Origin: Blasia pusilla
Taxonomy: Eukaryota
Length of the DNA stretch: 64,000 bases
NCBI GenBank assembly: GCA_050084515.1
Contig: CM114271.1
Span: forward strand, 29,016,001 to 29,080,000
Direction of reading: 5' to 3'
A model generated the notes under the pieces. The model did no database searches. It saw only the letters and a program-made list of their open reading frames with translations, and had not been told where the DNA came from. How positions within the stretch are numbered: position 1 is the first letter of the stretch; every line of letters starts with the position of its first letter. The translations under genes and the position numbers were made by a program. Below are positions 15,361 to 27,949 of the stretch, in pieces.

Positions 15361-15769
15361 TGGCGGAGCAGCGTCGACTTCGGACTATGTCTGTGGGTCT
15401 TCCACCCTTGTAATGAGCTCGATGGCTACCGGGACGGTAGAGGCATCGGTCAGGCGAGGAGAGTAGTATTTTGCATCCTTGGAGTAAATGGGATGTAATG
15501 GTGGGCATGTGGAGTTGGTTGCTCATCTTTGGTGGCGGAGTTATTTGCTCGGATGATGGTGTAGCTAAGGGTGTACCATCTTGTGAGGGGGTTGCGAGCA
15601 GACCAATGGCATCGTCCTCTCCCTCTAGTGTGCGGTGGAGGAGGAGACTTGGGAGCTATTACTTGGGCCCAAGCTTACGGGAGGTGAGAAACGACGCTGA
15701 CACGCGGTTCCTACGTGCTTATAGGAGTTGTTTTGCCTTTAGCATGAAGGAGTTGGGTTCTCTGGTTGG

Positions 15770-17080
15770 ACCGGTGATATGGATTGATTTGGCTAGTGAT
15801 ACGCCAATCTTCCGTCGTCCCTACCGATATAGTGATATGGAGAGGGACTTGATTGAGTAGGGCGTTGGACCTTTTGGAGGCTGGATTAGTGGAGTTGTCG
15901 CATGGAGAGTATGCATCGCCACTTTGTCATGCTCGCTAAAAGGATATGCGTGGCAACTTCACGGATAGGCGGATGTGTGGAGATTACCGTCCTATCAATC
16001 GGCAAACCAAGGCCGATAGGTATGCCATGCCTACACACGAGAGATCTTTGATGTGGTGGGACAGGCAAAGATTTTCAGTACTTTGGATCTTCGGGCAGGA
16101 TACCATCAATTGCCGATTCGGGAGAGTGACAAGGCCAAGACAGCATTTTGGGGTGTCAACTCTCATGGCAAGGATTGTTTGTACCAATGGAAATTCTTAC
16201 CCTTTGGGTTGAAGAATGCACCTTCCGAGTTTCAAAGAGTGATGGACAGGATCCTAGCAGGGCTGGATTTTGTTCGGTGTTACATTGATGATATCTTGGT
16301 GTTCAATAACACGGTGGAGGAGCATCAGATACATTTGCAGATGGTGTTTGAGCGGTTGAAAGCTCATGGTCTACGTTTGCATCTAGGAAAGTGTAAGTTC
16401 TTCCATGAGGATGTTGAGTACTTGGGTCATGTGATCTATCCAGGTGGTTTGGGAGTTCAGCAAGCAAAGGTGGAGGCTATTGCACTTATTCCGCGTCCGG
16501 TAGATGTGAGTAGAGTTCGAGCATTCATGGGATTGGCGAACTACTATCAGAGGTATGTGAAGGGATTTAGTGCTATGGCAAAGCCTTTGAACCAATTGCT
16601 GAAATCAGATCAAGAGTGGCACTGGGAGATGATCGAGGAGAGAGCTTTTGTGGAGCTTAAGGCCTAGTTGGTGGCGGCGCCTATCTTGAGGAGACCTATC
16701 AGAGGGCGCCCATTTCAATTACACATTGATTGGAGTAGGTTGGGACTTGGAGCGGTGTTGACACAACATGATGATGAGCACATGGAGTTTGTGGTGGCCT
16801 ATGCAAGTCGTTCGAATAATGCAAATGAGTCGCGCTATAGTTCATATGAGGGAGATTGCTTGGCGAGAGTGTGGTGTGGCACACTTTAGGTGTTACTTGT
16901 TTGGCACACAGTTTACCCTTGTTCTGATCACCGGCCGCTCAAGTGGTTGATGGAGTCGGACAAGCTTACAGGGAAGCTTGCACGGTGGGCTCTTATCTTA
17001 CGGGAGTATGACTTCCAGGTTGTACATAGACCTGGAGTTGCCAACCTTGATCTTTGATGGGTTGAGTAGGAACCCATGTA
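15770..17080 (+). pseudogene. Reverse transcriptase and RNase H (Ty3/Gypsy type)
   Basis: RMCGDYRPIN, LDLRAGYHQ, KTAF, LPFGLKNAPSEFQ, YIDDIL, YLGH, VVAYASR. Confidence 0.92.
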
Positions 17081-17439
17081 CTAGCCAAGAGGATACAACG
17101 GGGCTAGATGGCATGGCGAGGTTGATGAGGAGATGGTGCCAGGTTGGCATGCATCCGCCTTTTTATGTTGGTTAGGGGTGGACTCTAGTATGGAGGACCA
17201 CATGATATCTTACTCTAGTCAGAGGGTAGATGGCCAGCCTTCAGATCCTAAGGTTGGAGATGGTGGTACGGATCAGCGTGATATTCATGATGATGCGTTG
17301 GTGTTGGAGTTCCTTCGGACCGGTAGGGTGCCAAGCATAGTGAGTGCCAAGGAGCGAGACCGTGTTCTTCAACGTGCTAAGAGGTATCGATTGGAGGGAA
17401 CACATATTCTCCGCGTGTGGGAGGATGGTAGAGTATGAG

Positions 17440-18720
17440 TAGTGCCACATTTGGCTCAGAGAGAGCGCATTGTGCGACATGCCCATGAGGAGTTGGGACA
17501 TTTTGGGATAAAGCGTACGTATAGCTTACTCCTTGGCCAGTATTGGTGGCGTGGCATGCATACTCAGGTGCAGCAGTTGGTGTCACGTTGTATGGTTTGT
17601 GACCGGGTGAGGGCATCATTTAATGCCCCTACACCACAATTACACCCCTTGCCTATTATGGGGTTGGGTTACCGTTGGAGTGTGGACTTTGCGGGACCGT
17701 TACCGTTGACTGTACGACATCATCGATATGTGTTGGTGATGGTGGAGCACTTCTCCAAGTGGATTGAGTTGGTGGCATTACCGGACAAGGCAAGTGAGGG
17801 AACGGCGTATGCATTTCTGGATAGAGTGCTTAGTCATTTTGGTGCACCAGCTGAAATCTTGACCGACCGAGTCTGAGTTTGGGTGAGTTTCAGGTCTTAT
17901 GTGACAAGGCGTTGATTGATCATCGGACCACGTCTCGAGATCATCCAGAGGCGGATGGTTTGGCTGAGCGTGTGGTTCGAGGCGGTGAAGAGGGCATTGC
18001 GCAAGTATGGCCTCTGAAGGGCATCTTGAGACAGGATATTCGGTTGCCATGGTTAGCCATGGGGTATAGGTTCGATCGCCAAGCATCCTTGGCTTCCTTC
18101 TCACCTTATTTTTACATTATCGGCCGAGATCCAAACTTGCCATCAGCAATTCGTCGAGTCTAGTGAGGTGGTGAACCTTGATGACCCGAGAGATGTGGAT
18201 GAGGGTGTGTTCTCGCGAGCGGAGCTCTTTCGGAGAGTTATGCCAATGACCTTTGAGAATCTTGCCATTGCTCAACACAGGGATACGTTGCGGTATGCAA
18301 CCATTCGGGGTGGAGGTTATCGACCATCGATTCGTAGGTTCCATGTGGGGGACTATGTCTATTTGCAGCAGATTGCCCCGACAACGTTGGATGTGACGGC
18401 AGCCGCACTATTTTACGAAGTGCGTGAGGTGTTAGCTTCCGGAGTTCTCATGTTGGAGGGTCGTGATGGAGTTGTTTGGAAGGACCATGTGCGTAATTGT
18501 GCGCCATGTCATCTTCCAAATGTGGATGGTACTGTTGACCCAAGCTTAGCCATGATACGTGCTAGCTTGAGGTGCATGTTGTGTGGGTCTGCTTGTAACG
18601 CAGCCTGACCCCGTATGTTGGTGTGTGATCGGTGTTCTAGGGGTTGGCACATGATGTGTTTGACTCCACGTTTGGATGTTGTTCCTCTTTGGAAGGTGGG
18701 TTTGTCCTCGATGTACTTAG
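17440..18720 (+). pseudogene. DDE integrase with C-terminal PHD finger
   Basis: HAHEELGHFG..CMVC zinc-binding domain; WSVDFAGP, EILTD, ADGLAER core; C-terminal CMLC..CDRC..WHMMC PHD at about 18570-18716. No tyrosine-recombinase ORF was seen. Confidence 0.9.
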
Positions 18721-18893
18721 GAGAGGTAGATGACTTGATCTTTGCATGATATGGATTACTGGATGTGCGACTAACGATGGGGCAACCTAGCACCCGGCCT
18801 TCGATTCGAGCACCCAAGAAGGTGTATAGCATGTAGTAGATGTATAGGGCTACCTGGGAGTTAGAGGACCTAACCGCTTGATTAGGGGGTCGA

Positions 18894-19476
18894 GTTGTGG
18901 TACACTTGCGTTTGTGGATACTCTCGTCTATGTTATGTATGTATGTGCGTATGGTATGTCAGCGATGTATGTTGTATGACGATGTGGATTCGCACGACAG
19001 TTGTCATGACCATACGGGATTATGTCGTAGAGTATGGTGTGCTAGTAGAGGCCATTCCTTATGTAGGACCGTAGTGGATTGGTAGAGATGCGGTTCCATA
19101 CATAGGGTTGGGGGTTACTCAGTTGGGGGTGACTTTCCCAGTAGGGCCCGCTCTTAGGTTGGAGGATATAAGGTGGAGTGCACTCAAAGAACAGTCAGTT
19201 CTTTGAGTTGAGCCTCTTGTGTTGGGAGTTAGCCTTGGTAGTGAGTAGAGCTCTTGGCTATGGTGTTTCCCGCAAGCTTCGACCTAGATTCTCCCATCGT
19301 GAAGTGGGTTTGGCTCGATTGTATGTGATTGTAAACGTGTTTTATGACACTAGGTCTTTCACGGATTTCAGTTGTGGTACACTTGCGTTTGTGGATACTC
19401 TCGTCTATGTTATGTATGTATATGCGTATGGTATGTCAGCGATGTATGTTGTATGACGATGTGGATTCGCACGACA
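18894..19476 (+). repeat. 3' terminal block: B1 (18894-18999), GT, A2 (19002-19370), B2 (19371-19476)
   Basis: B1 and B2 are 106-bp near-identical direct repeats. Junction reads CACGACA-GT-TGTCATG. Confidence 0.92.
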
Positions 19477-21170
19477 CCCCGCTCCGGTACACGCACATGA
19501 ACGCATAAGAGTTTGATGAGCGTCAAAGGATGCTTTCAAGAGAATGATGGAAAAGTTGATTTGGTGCAAATTCTCAAAGATATGCTCTTGAAGTCGATCA
19601 AGCCCTTTTGTAATCAATTGACTGAAAGAGGGGTAGAATTGCTTATGTAGCAAGAGGAAGAAGAGCTCTGGTTGATCTCAGTTGTTGATTAAATAAAAAG
19701 TCCCCCTCCTCTACATAGGCGACATGATCCATCAAGATGGGTGTATCTCTTTGGAGAAACCTTGAAGCCATAATCGGTGGTACCAAGGCCCAACTCCCCA
19801 AAAAAGCTGATGGAGCATATGCAACTGTGGAGGAAAGTCCCACCCGTCCAAAAGAAATAGGCAAGATAGCTTGTCGTGAAGCTAAGATATCATCCTCTCC
19901 CTTCAATGTATTCGGGCCAAGAAGTTGACCAAAAGTTGCCAAAATAGAAGCGTCAAAAGAGTTCAACCGATGTAAGAACCTTGAAGTGGGAGTCAAGTGC
20001 AAAAAAGGTAGGAAGGACGTCGTAGAAAATATTGGGAGAGAATCCCATAAGCCACTTGGGGATCCCCTAAATGAGGTAACAAATGAAGCCATTCCAGGTC
20101 TTTCAAAAGGGCCTCATCCAAGAATTTCGAGATATATCGGTGAAGCCAATTGGGACCCCAAGAACCCTAACCCCTAAAATGCAGATGAGAAAATCAAGAG
20201 CAGTCAGGGTGAATGTTGAGGGAAGTCATGAAGGAGACCATACTCCACATTTAGTAGGTTGGACTTTAAGGTTTAAGAAAGAGAGTTGCTCCACAAAATA
20301 GATATAAGCAGGAACCACTTCAAAAGGAGGAGCTATAATATGAGTGTCATCAGCAATAGAAGAGAAAAGACCAGATCGAAATGCTTGCGTTAATGCTCGA
20401 AAGGCACAAAATTAAATGGGCAATGGCAAAGAGTGGGTCATCCATGGGATCACGTTGACGCGTGCCACAAGCCGATTGAAGAATTCTATATTCCTAGAAG
20501 TAGCATGATGAGAATAGATAATGGGCGTATCATGGGCATAAGAGGAGCAAAAAATGGAATGAGACTTGCGAGTTGTCCTCTTGCACAACATAACTCCTCA
20601 AACATGGCCTCACGAGAAACTGAATTGAATTCGTTAGCCACATCGACTGGAATTGCTACCCACTCTCGGTGAATATCAAGAGTGGAGCGAATCCCATACC
20701 ACACCTCACAACCACCAAGAGTTGCCACTCCAAATTGATGAGGAAATAAGTGGGCACTAAAATGAGGATGAAATTGCAAGCACGGGGATCGACTAACCAA
20801 GCGGTATAAAACCTCTCCAATAGCCAAACGTGAGACACGTGAAGGAGGCTTATCCATAGCCAAAAAATGACAAGCCCCTAAGAGCCTAGGGATAGAGAAT
20901 GGGAGACGACTTGCCGCAATATCTGCACACACCTTATATAGTGAGACAAAGCCACTTCATGAATCTGCCTGGATAAAGCAATTGTGGAGATGCTCAAAAA
21001 CCATCCCTAATAGCCCGCTTGCTGATAAGTGAGGAGAATGAAGAAAAGCCCTTGTGAAAACCTCCAAGTCAAGCTCCATTGTATAGTCTTCCACAAAAGG
21101 TGATGCATTACCACTTGAAGGAAGGTGAAGAGCTTCTAAGAGAGCCACTGTGTCCGCACTTGGAACCGCC
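19477..21170 (-). pseudogene. RT-containing part of the CRE-like non-LTR retrotransposon
   Basis: RLAIGEVLYRL, PHQFGVATLGGCE, PVDVANEFNSVSRE, IADDTHI, RQAILPISFGRVGL, AFLGSW motifs on the minus strand, with stops and frameshifts. Confidence 0.75.
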
Positions 21171-22148
21171 AGAGAGAGAGGACCAATGCTCGAGCCGCAC
21201 GTGAAAACTCACCAACTTTCTCCAAAAGTACACTTCGTTGAAGGCGTTGTTGTATTGAAGGCCTTCCATGATTGGCATGTTAATACAAACAAATCTTATA
21301 TCTTCAATTATTTTTAGCAATCGTTTTCACCTTTAAAATTGGAAACAAAAATTGGAGGTTTCAATATGTTTGGTTAACATGTATGTAACCACGTTTTCCA
21401 ATAACGTGGAGAGAACTTTGTTTCTTTTATTCTAGAAAAATGAAATAAAGTTTTCATCGTATTATTATGGACAATAGTTTAGTCTAAGAAGCTCTTAATG
21501 AGCTTAATATAAGGTCGGAATTGCATGATTAGTAATATATTTAAACAGAAAATAGTATTTGTAAGGTCTTTTAATTTCCATCCATCAACACACAAGAAAA
21601 AATTACTAGTATTCTTTAGCCAGGAAAAAAAATCCTTAAAACTGATAACATTTCAAAAAACCCTGAGAAATAAATGGAAGAAAAATACATTTGGGGAAGA
21701 TGTTAATCAATGCGCACAGTCAGTCTACTTCTTCTTCCCTAATGAAATTAATAAACAAAATTATGCAGGAAATATTTTTAATTAAAATTTGGCCAAAAAA
21801 AATACTGTAATCTCTTCAAGCGGGGAAATTTATGACCGATATTTGTTAAGGAAAAATCTTCCAAAAATAGTCAATTGATAAGGTTTTCAGAGTGGATTTT
21901 CATGGAAGGAATAAGTATGCGGCCCTAGATTCATCTTATTGAAGTAAATATTGTGGACATAGGTTGTCTTAATGGGTATGCGTATCGTGTTGTAGAAGGC
22001 ATAATAATTGATAAGGAATTTTAAATAAGGATACACAAGAGCTCATCTTAAAATATATATACTTAGTTGAACCATTTGGGCTAATCCTTTTTACTCACTT
22101 ATGTTATTGTTTAATAACTCGCAAATAGTAAGCGCCCAAAGAACGAGT

Positions 22149-22210
22149 TGTCGTGCTCCTACACATCGCTACACAATGTACATCGCCGTCACTAATCAAC
22201 ACACACAACT
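22149..22210 (-). repeat. Isolated fragment of a B-type terminus of the split-repeat retrotransposons
   Basis: Reverse complement reads GTGACGGCGATGTACATTGTGTAGCGATGTGTAGGAGCACGACA, resembling the B ends at 2883 and 29560. Confidence 0.55.
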
Positions 22211-22470
22211 ACTAGCTTAATTCAATCATCCACTGAATATAATCACAGAGGCAAGTTGTTACCAGCAGTGGACCCTAAGATGAGCTGTGAAGACTGGAAA
22301 AAAAAGTCACTCCTCATCGAGATTTTACTCGTCATGAATAAGAAAGCATGTTCAAATTTTTGCATGATGGCTTGGTGGTTAGTCACTTTAGTGGTATGGA
22401 AATAAATTTATGAAATAATTTCTTATGCAGTAGTAGAGAATATTAGATAATTGCAATGAGTACAATATAT

Positions 22471-22680
22471 ACTAGTGTGAAGATCGTGCCATGCACAAGA
22501 TTGAAGGACTAATCATGTTGCACACAAATTATTTTTCTTGTTTTCCGTGGAATTAATAGAAATAATTTTCTTACTTCCCGTATAATAAGAAATATTTTCT
22601 TGTTGCCCAATTGCCACATGTCAAGCAAAGAGGTGTTTGCAAATCAAGAAGGCACTCTCCAATAATAACATGGTTGTTGC
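22471..22680 (-). mobile_element. Helitron-like 3' end and dispersed repeat shared with about 52324-52440
   Basis: Minus strand ends TGTGCATGGCACGA..CACTAG|T. CAAAGAGGTGTWTGCAAATCAAGAAGGCA is shared with about 52387. Confidence 0.35.
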
Positions 22681-23921
22681 AGGGGTTGTGAACAAACCTA
22701 AGAACGTGATTTTTTTGGATAAATGATGAGTTTTTTTCCGTGAATGGGTACACAACTAAGAAAGTATGAGAGTGTAGCAATAGATAGATAGTGATTGAGC
22801 TGGTACCTGGTGTAGTGAATATTTATTTCACACCAACCCAAATAAATACCCATGGTGGCAAACAGAAGACGTGCATATGAGTTATAACTATTCTTGCATA
22901 ACTCCAATCCATTTAACCTTACATGCAGCTTCTTCAAAATACCTCGGTTCCTATTCTTGAAGGACATTCATCATATATGCATGATGTGTTGTAGGAAATG
23001 CTTCATCTATGAATCTATGAATAGTATGTGTGACTCTTCTTAATCTAGAAAGTTGTTTTTCATAAGTGGATGTCTTTGACATCTAACTTGAGCTCTAACT
23101 AGTGATAGCAAACTAAATACGTACTCTTCTTAACTATGGATTGATAGATTTAACTGAGGAGTCTATGACCTCTGCTCACCTTGCGCTAGTACTTGGGACT
23201 ATATAGGCAATATATCTTGGTTTATAGTCATATTCCTCCCCCCCTTTCCTCAACAAATATTTTTAGAGGTGGAATAGGTTTTAGATGGGGCATAATATGA
23301 CTTAAATTCATAAAAATAACTTTGCAAATAAAATTAAGTGGCTTAGAGGATGAAATATAACACTTATATTCCTTATTTGTTATGAACATAGCCAATGAAG
23401 CTGCATGTCTCAAATTTAGGATCTAATTTCGTACCTCTTTAAAAAGGAAGATAAGCATAAAAAGTGAACCAAAGACTTTCAAGAATGCAAAATCAGGTTT
23501 ATTTCTTGTGGAGACTTTGGATAGAGCCTTATTAGTTTGAATTTCGTTGATTAAGGAGACTACTTAGCTTTTAGAAAGTATACTCATATATATCTAGAGA
23601 AGTCATTAATAAATGAAACAAAATATAAAAAACCATTAATGATAGATTGTGAGGATGTCCACATATGATTGTGAAGCACTATTGCAAGATCTTTTATAGG
23701 TTCCATACTACTAAATCATTTAGCTTGTGAGGTTATATGTTTTGACACACCAAAGTTGATGTATTATTCTTTTGTATAATTTTTCTTGGCCATTGCTCCC
23801 ATATGATGAGTTAAGATCAAGAGATGCTTAGTTTGTGAGTCTTGTTGTTCTTAATATTGCACTTAATGTTGTTGTTCCATAAAGTTTTCTTGTTGTAAGA
23901 CTATTGCTCTCATGTTTGCCT

Positions 23922-26128
23922 TGTCACATCTTATTTCGACGTAGGTAGAGTTCTATCGCGTCGACGGCATAGGGAGTCATCGGGCTGTTCCGATGTAACT
24001 TTGTCCCGAGATGTCGGATGAGGTTGGCGACAGGTGTGTTATGTCAGGAACGTCGTTTATGGCGATTTTCCTATTTTGGTTTTAGTCTGTCAGGTGAACC
24101 GTTGACCGAGTCAACGGTCATCCGGTAACTTATGCACGTAGGTTATCGTTGGTACGGCTATTTTTGGGGAAAGAGCCTTTTGGCTCTTCCCAAGGGTATA
24201 AGAGTGAGGAAGATGGCTTTCTCAAGCCATCTTTCTCATGTTGAGCCTTAGGAGCGCCTCTCTTGCATAGACGTGTGTGGGTGTGTAGGAGTTAGGGTGC
24301 TAGTGTCCGGATTCCCTCATGGTAGAGGATGGATGTGGTTTGATATGCCGATGTAGATTCATGAGTGGATTTTTAGGCCGGGTGAGCCATTTTTACTACT
24401 CTTGAGTACTCTAGGAGGAGACGGCTTCTTATAAGCCAGGGTGGCGATCATGGACATGTGAGCCATCTACGAGTGTTGTTTGCACGGAGTAGTGGTGGTT
24501 GACCACGTGAGGATACGGTGACAATGCTGGCAGCATTCACAAGTACATGCGGAGGACATTCATGTAGCGGATAGTCCCACGGAGAGATATGTCAGGGTGG
24601 GTGTCTCTTCCCATGGTGCAGAGCTTCGTTATTGTTGTTGGGGATGAGCGTGGAGTGCAGACAAGCTTGTGAGGCAAGCGTGGAGCCGTGTCTATGTTTG
24701 GAGGAGGGTACGAGAGTGTTAGATCTCTTTGAAGGGATCAACACAGTTTTGTGTGTAACAGTGTTGCGGAGATGACGGCACTGATGGTGCTAGATATATA
24801 TAGGATAGGAGATCATGTCGGGGACATATGTGTGTGCTATCTGGAGTTAGGGGGACCCAACTGCCAACTAGGGGGGTGGTTGTGGGATCCCTTTCATGGT
24901 TGCAAAAAAATGAACAAGTCCTTCCTTAGGACGGACAAGTCCATGGACATGGGTTCCATGAGGTGGGACCCACACTTGTACTCCATGATGGAAGGTGAGG
25001 CAAGGATGAGTGGATTAATAAGGGAGGAGGTAGTGGAGTTAGAGGGAGGAAGAAACTGGGGATTATGGAACACGAAGGCAAGTAAGGGGACGGAGAAAGA
25101 AGGGAAATGTGGAGCCCATATGGACAAGTCCTTCCATAGGATGGACATAAGTCCACGAACACAAACTTTTTCCATATGCGATCTTGGTCCCTTTGTATAT
25201 GCGACGTACACAAGTTACCGGGCGATCGTTGACTTGGTCAATGGTTCATGTGCCAAACTAAAACTAACATAGGAAAATGGCCATAAACGACATTCCCGAC
25301 ACAATAGACATATCGCCAACCTCATCTGGTATCTCGGAATAAAGTTACACCCAAACAACCCGCTAACTCTCTATGTCGTCAACGTGATAGAACTCTACCT
25401 ACGTCAAAATAAGATGGCCCAGACCTGAGAGTAGCTAGTGTGACGTCAGCCTCCACATCTTACCACGATGCTAGTTTATGTGTGGATCTACCCGTATGTT
25501 GGGAAAGATTGGTGTTGTGTGGTGTGTAGATGTGACAAGTGATGTGGGTTTTGTAGCGATATGTATGCGCACAATAATTTTCATATCTTATTTTGAGGTA
25601 GGTAGAGTTCTATCGCGTCGTCGATGGCATAGAGAGTTAGTAAGTTGTTTGGGTGTAACTTCTTCTCGAGATGTCGGATGAGGTTGATGACAGTTATGTT
25701 GTGTCGGAAACGTTGTTTATGGAAAATTCCCTATTTTGGTTTTAGTCCGGTAACCTGATCACGCAGGTTACCGTTGGTAGGGCTATTTTTGGGGAAAGAG
25801 CAAGGAAGATAGCTTTCCCAAGCCATCTTTCTCATGTTGAGCCTTAGGAGCGCCTCTCTTGCATAGACCTGTGTGGGCGTGTAGGAGATAGGATGTTAGC
25901 ATCCGGATTCCCTCATAGTGGAGGGTGGATGTGGTTCGATATGCCGATGTAGATTCATGAGTGGAGTTTTAAGTCAAGTGAGCCATTTTTACTACTCTTG
26001 ATTTTGTTGTGGGGTCTCGATGTATATGCGTAATTTTATTTTGTTTATGTGTGGATCTACGCGTACGTTGGGGTAGATTAATGTTGTGTGATGTGTAGAT
26101 ATGACTAGCGATGTGTATGCGGATGACA
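23922..26128 (+). mobile_element. Non-autonomous split-repeat retroelement: A1 23922-24405; B1 about 24889-25576 (interrupted); A2 25579-26001; B2 26002-26128
   Basis: Starts TGTCACATC, ends GATGACA. TSD GCCT/ACCT; removing 4 bp restores the Copia zinc-knuckle sequence seen uninterrupted at about 55430-55480. No pol motifs inside. Confidence 0.8.
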
Positions 26129-27539
26129 ACCTACTTCTTGAAGTAAAATTTGCATAGTGACCCTTCATCCCATAGAAATTGCAAGATCCAAGGATCTTTT
26201 GTTATTCATCTCAACCAAATAATTTCCACCATCACCAACTTACCATTATGTTTAGGACTGATTCATAGTTGGCTAATTGAAGTGATATTGAGTGTATATG
26301 CCTCCATATCCTTGATATCCACCACACACGGAAGGTTCTACCACTATCTCTACCTTTGTTTGATCCGTGAAAAGCAAATAGAGCACTCTCTTGCGTAAAA
26401 GGTGAGCTATTGCTACTTACTAGATGCATCTCCTCTCTAATTAATGATGAAACTAACTCTTAGAAGGTTGGATATTTATCTCTTACGAAGATAGAGGTAT
26501 CAAAAAACTTGTAATCTTTTGGAAGACCTTGACGAGTGAACAAAATCATATCATCATCTTCTACAATCGCTCCAATGGTATTCAATGATCAATAATATGT
26601 ATGATACTCAAAACATAGTTAGTGATGTTTTGCGATCATTTTCTCACTTCGTTCAATTTTTATTTCAATTGAAGCTTTCTAGCCTTTGTAGGTGTCTTGA
26701 ACAGCTTCTCCTATGCGTCCAACCCCTCCAAAATATCAACATCTTACATCTGAAAGATTCTTGGCAGATTGATCATTATTGAGATGAAGTGGATTACTTG
26801 CCTTGCGTGTTTGTTCTAGGAATGAACATTCAAGTTTGTTGAACCATCTTTCAGTTTGGCTCCATCACTTGTAATAAACTCCCTTAATTCTTGATCCATG
26901 AGAAATTATTTCATGCAAAACTTCCACACATTATATTTCTCCTTAATATATAACTTCTTGCATGTGATTGTTGTTGAGAAATACTCCGTCAAGAACGATT
27001 TTACTTATAAATGATAATTTCATGCTCTACACCACTGCAATTGAAGCATAGATCACTCCTACGCATAAATTGATCTGAAATTTAGAAAAATTAACCTAAT
27101 ATATGAAAGAACTAGTTGAAATTGGATTGTAGAGAGAAAATTGCATAACTTTCCTTCATTAATTGTACTTTCCTACGTTGAAATTGCTATTGCAGAAGTT
27201 CACATTATCATAATCGAATAATTTTGGATGCTTTGGAAAGCTCTTAATAAGCTTTAAAAGACGTTTAGAACACGCCTTTGGAAATTTTAAATCCATTGCA
27301 GACCTAGATTTCGAAATTCATAAAGAAAATCCGAAAAGTCGCCTCTCAAGTTTTGTTACTTCTCAACTCCGTTGAAATCTTCTACGATTGAGCTTCGAAG
27401 GAAGTTTTCTTGCCCTTAACTAAAATTTTTCCTTCTCTTGCTTCTCTTTTCTTCTCATACATCAAGAATTTTAATGGATGTTCTCATATTGCTCTAATAC
27501 AATATAGAAAAGCATTAAACAAGCATAAGTGATGAAATA

Positions 27540-27693
<154 letters not shown>

Positions 27694-27949
27694 CATCATG
27701 GAGAATAAAAATTTACAATTAGAGAGTAAGTGGGGGCTGATGCCTTCCTCAATATATAACTAAAGTTATACCAATTATGGTTAACTAACCCTAGTTAAAA
27801 TAATCGCACTTACCTAACTGACAAATATTAAACTTTCCTTCTTTGTGTAAGTACCAAATGGAGTATTTTGTGTGTTTGATAAGGTTGACTATAACTCAAT
27901 TTTTAGTATTGCATATACCCTCCTCAAAACCTCGTGTGGAACCAAGTTG

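Larger units (their letters stand above)
9610..19476 (+). mobile_element. Full-length (9.87 kb) Ty3/Gypsy-type retrotransposon with split direct repeats: gag-PR-DNMT-RT-RH-INT-PHD, frameshifted
   Basis: Ends TGTCATG...CACGACA flanked by CCCC TSD. A1 9610-9978 matches A2 19002-19370; B1 18894-18999 matches B2 19371-19476. Domain order PR-RT-RH-INT is the Gypsy order. Confidence 0.93.

Noticed and set aside
9610-19476. Classification as a DIRS/PAT tyrosine-recombinase element because of the split repeats and methyltransferase
   Set aside because: It encodes an aspartic protease and HHCC-DDE integrase and makes a TSD. The MTase is C5-cytosine type, and no YR ORF was seen.
25203-25416. Inverted copy of the 5' part of repeat A inside the non-autonomous element, suggesting a DIRS-type internal complementary region
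   Set aside because: It lies within a segment (about 24892-25473) that interrupts B1, it is diverged, and the autonomous element has no equivalent. A secondary insertion is the simpler explanation.
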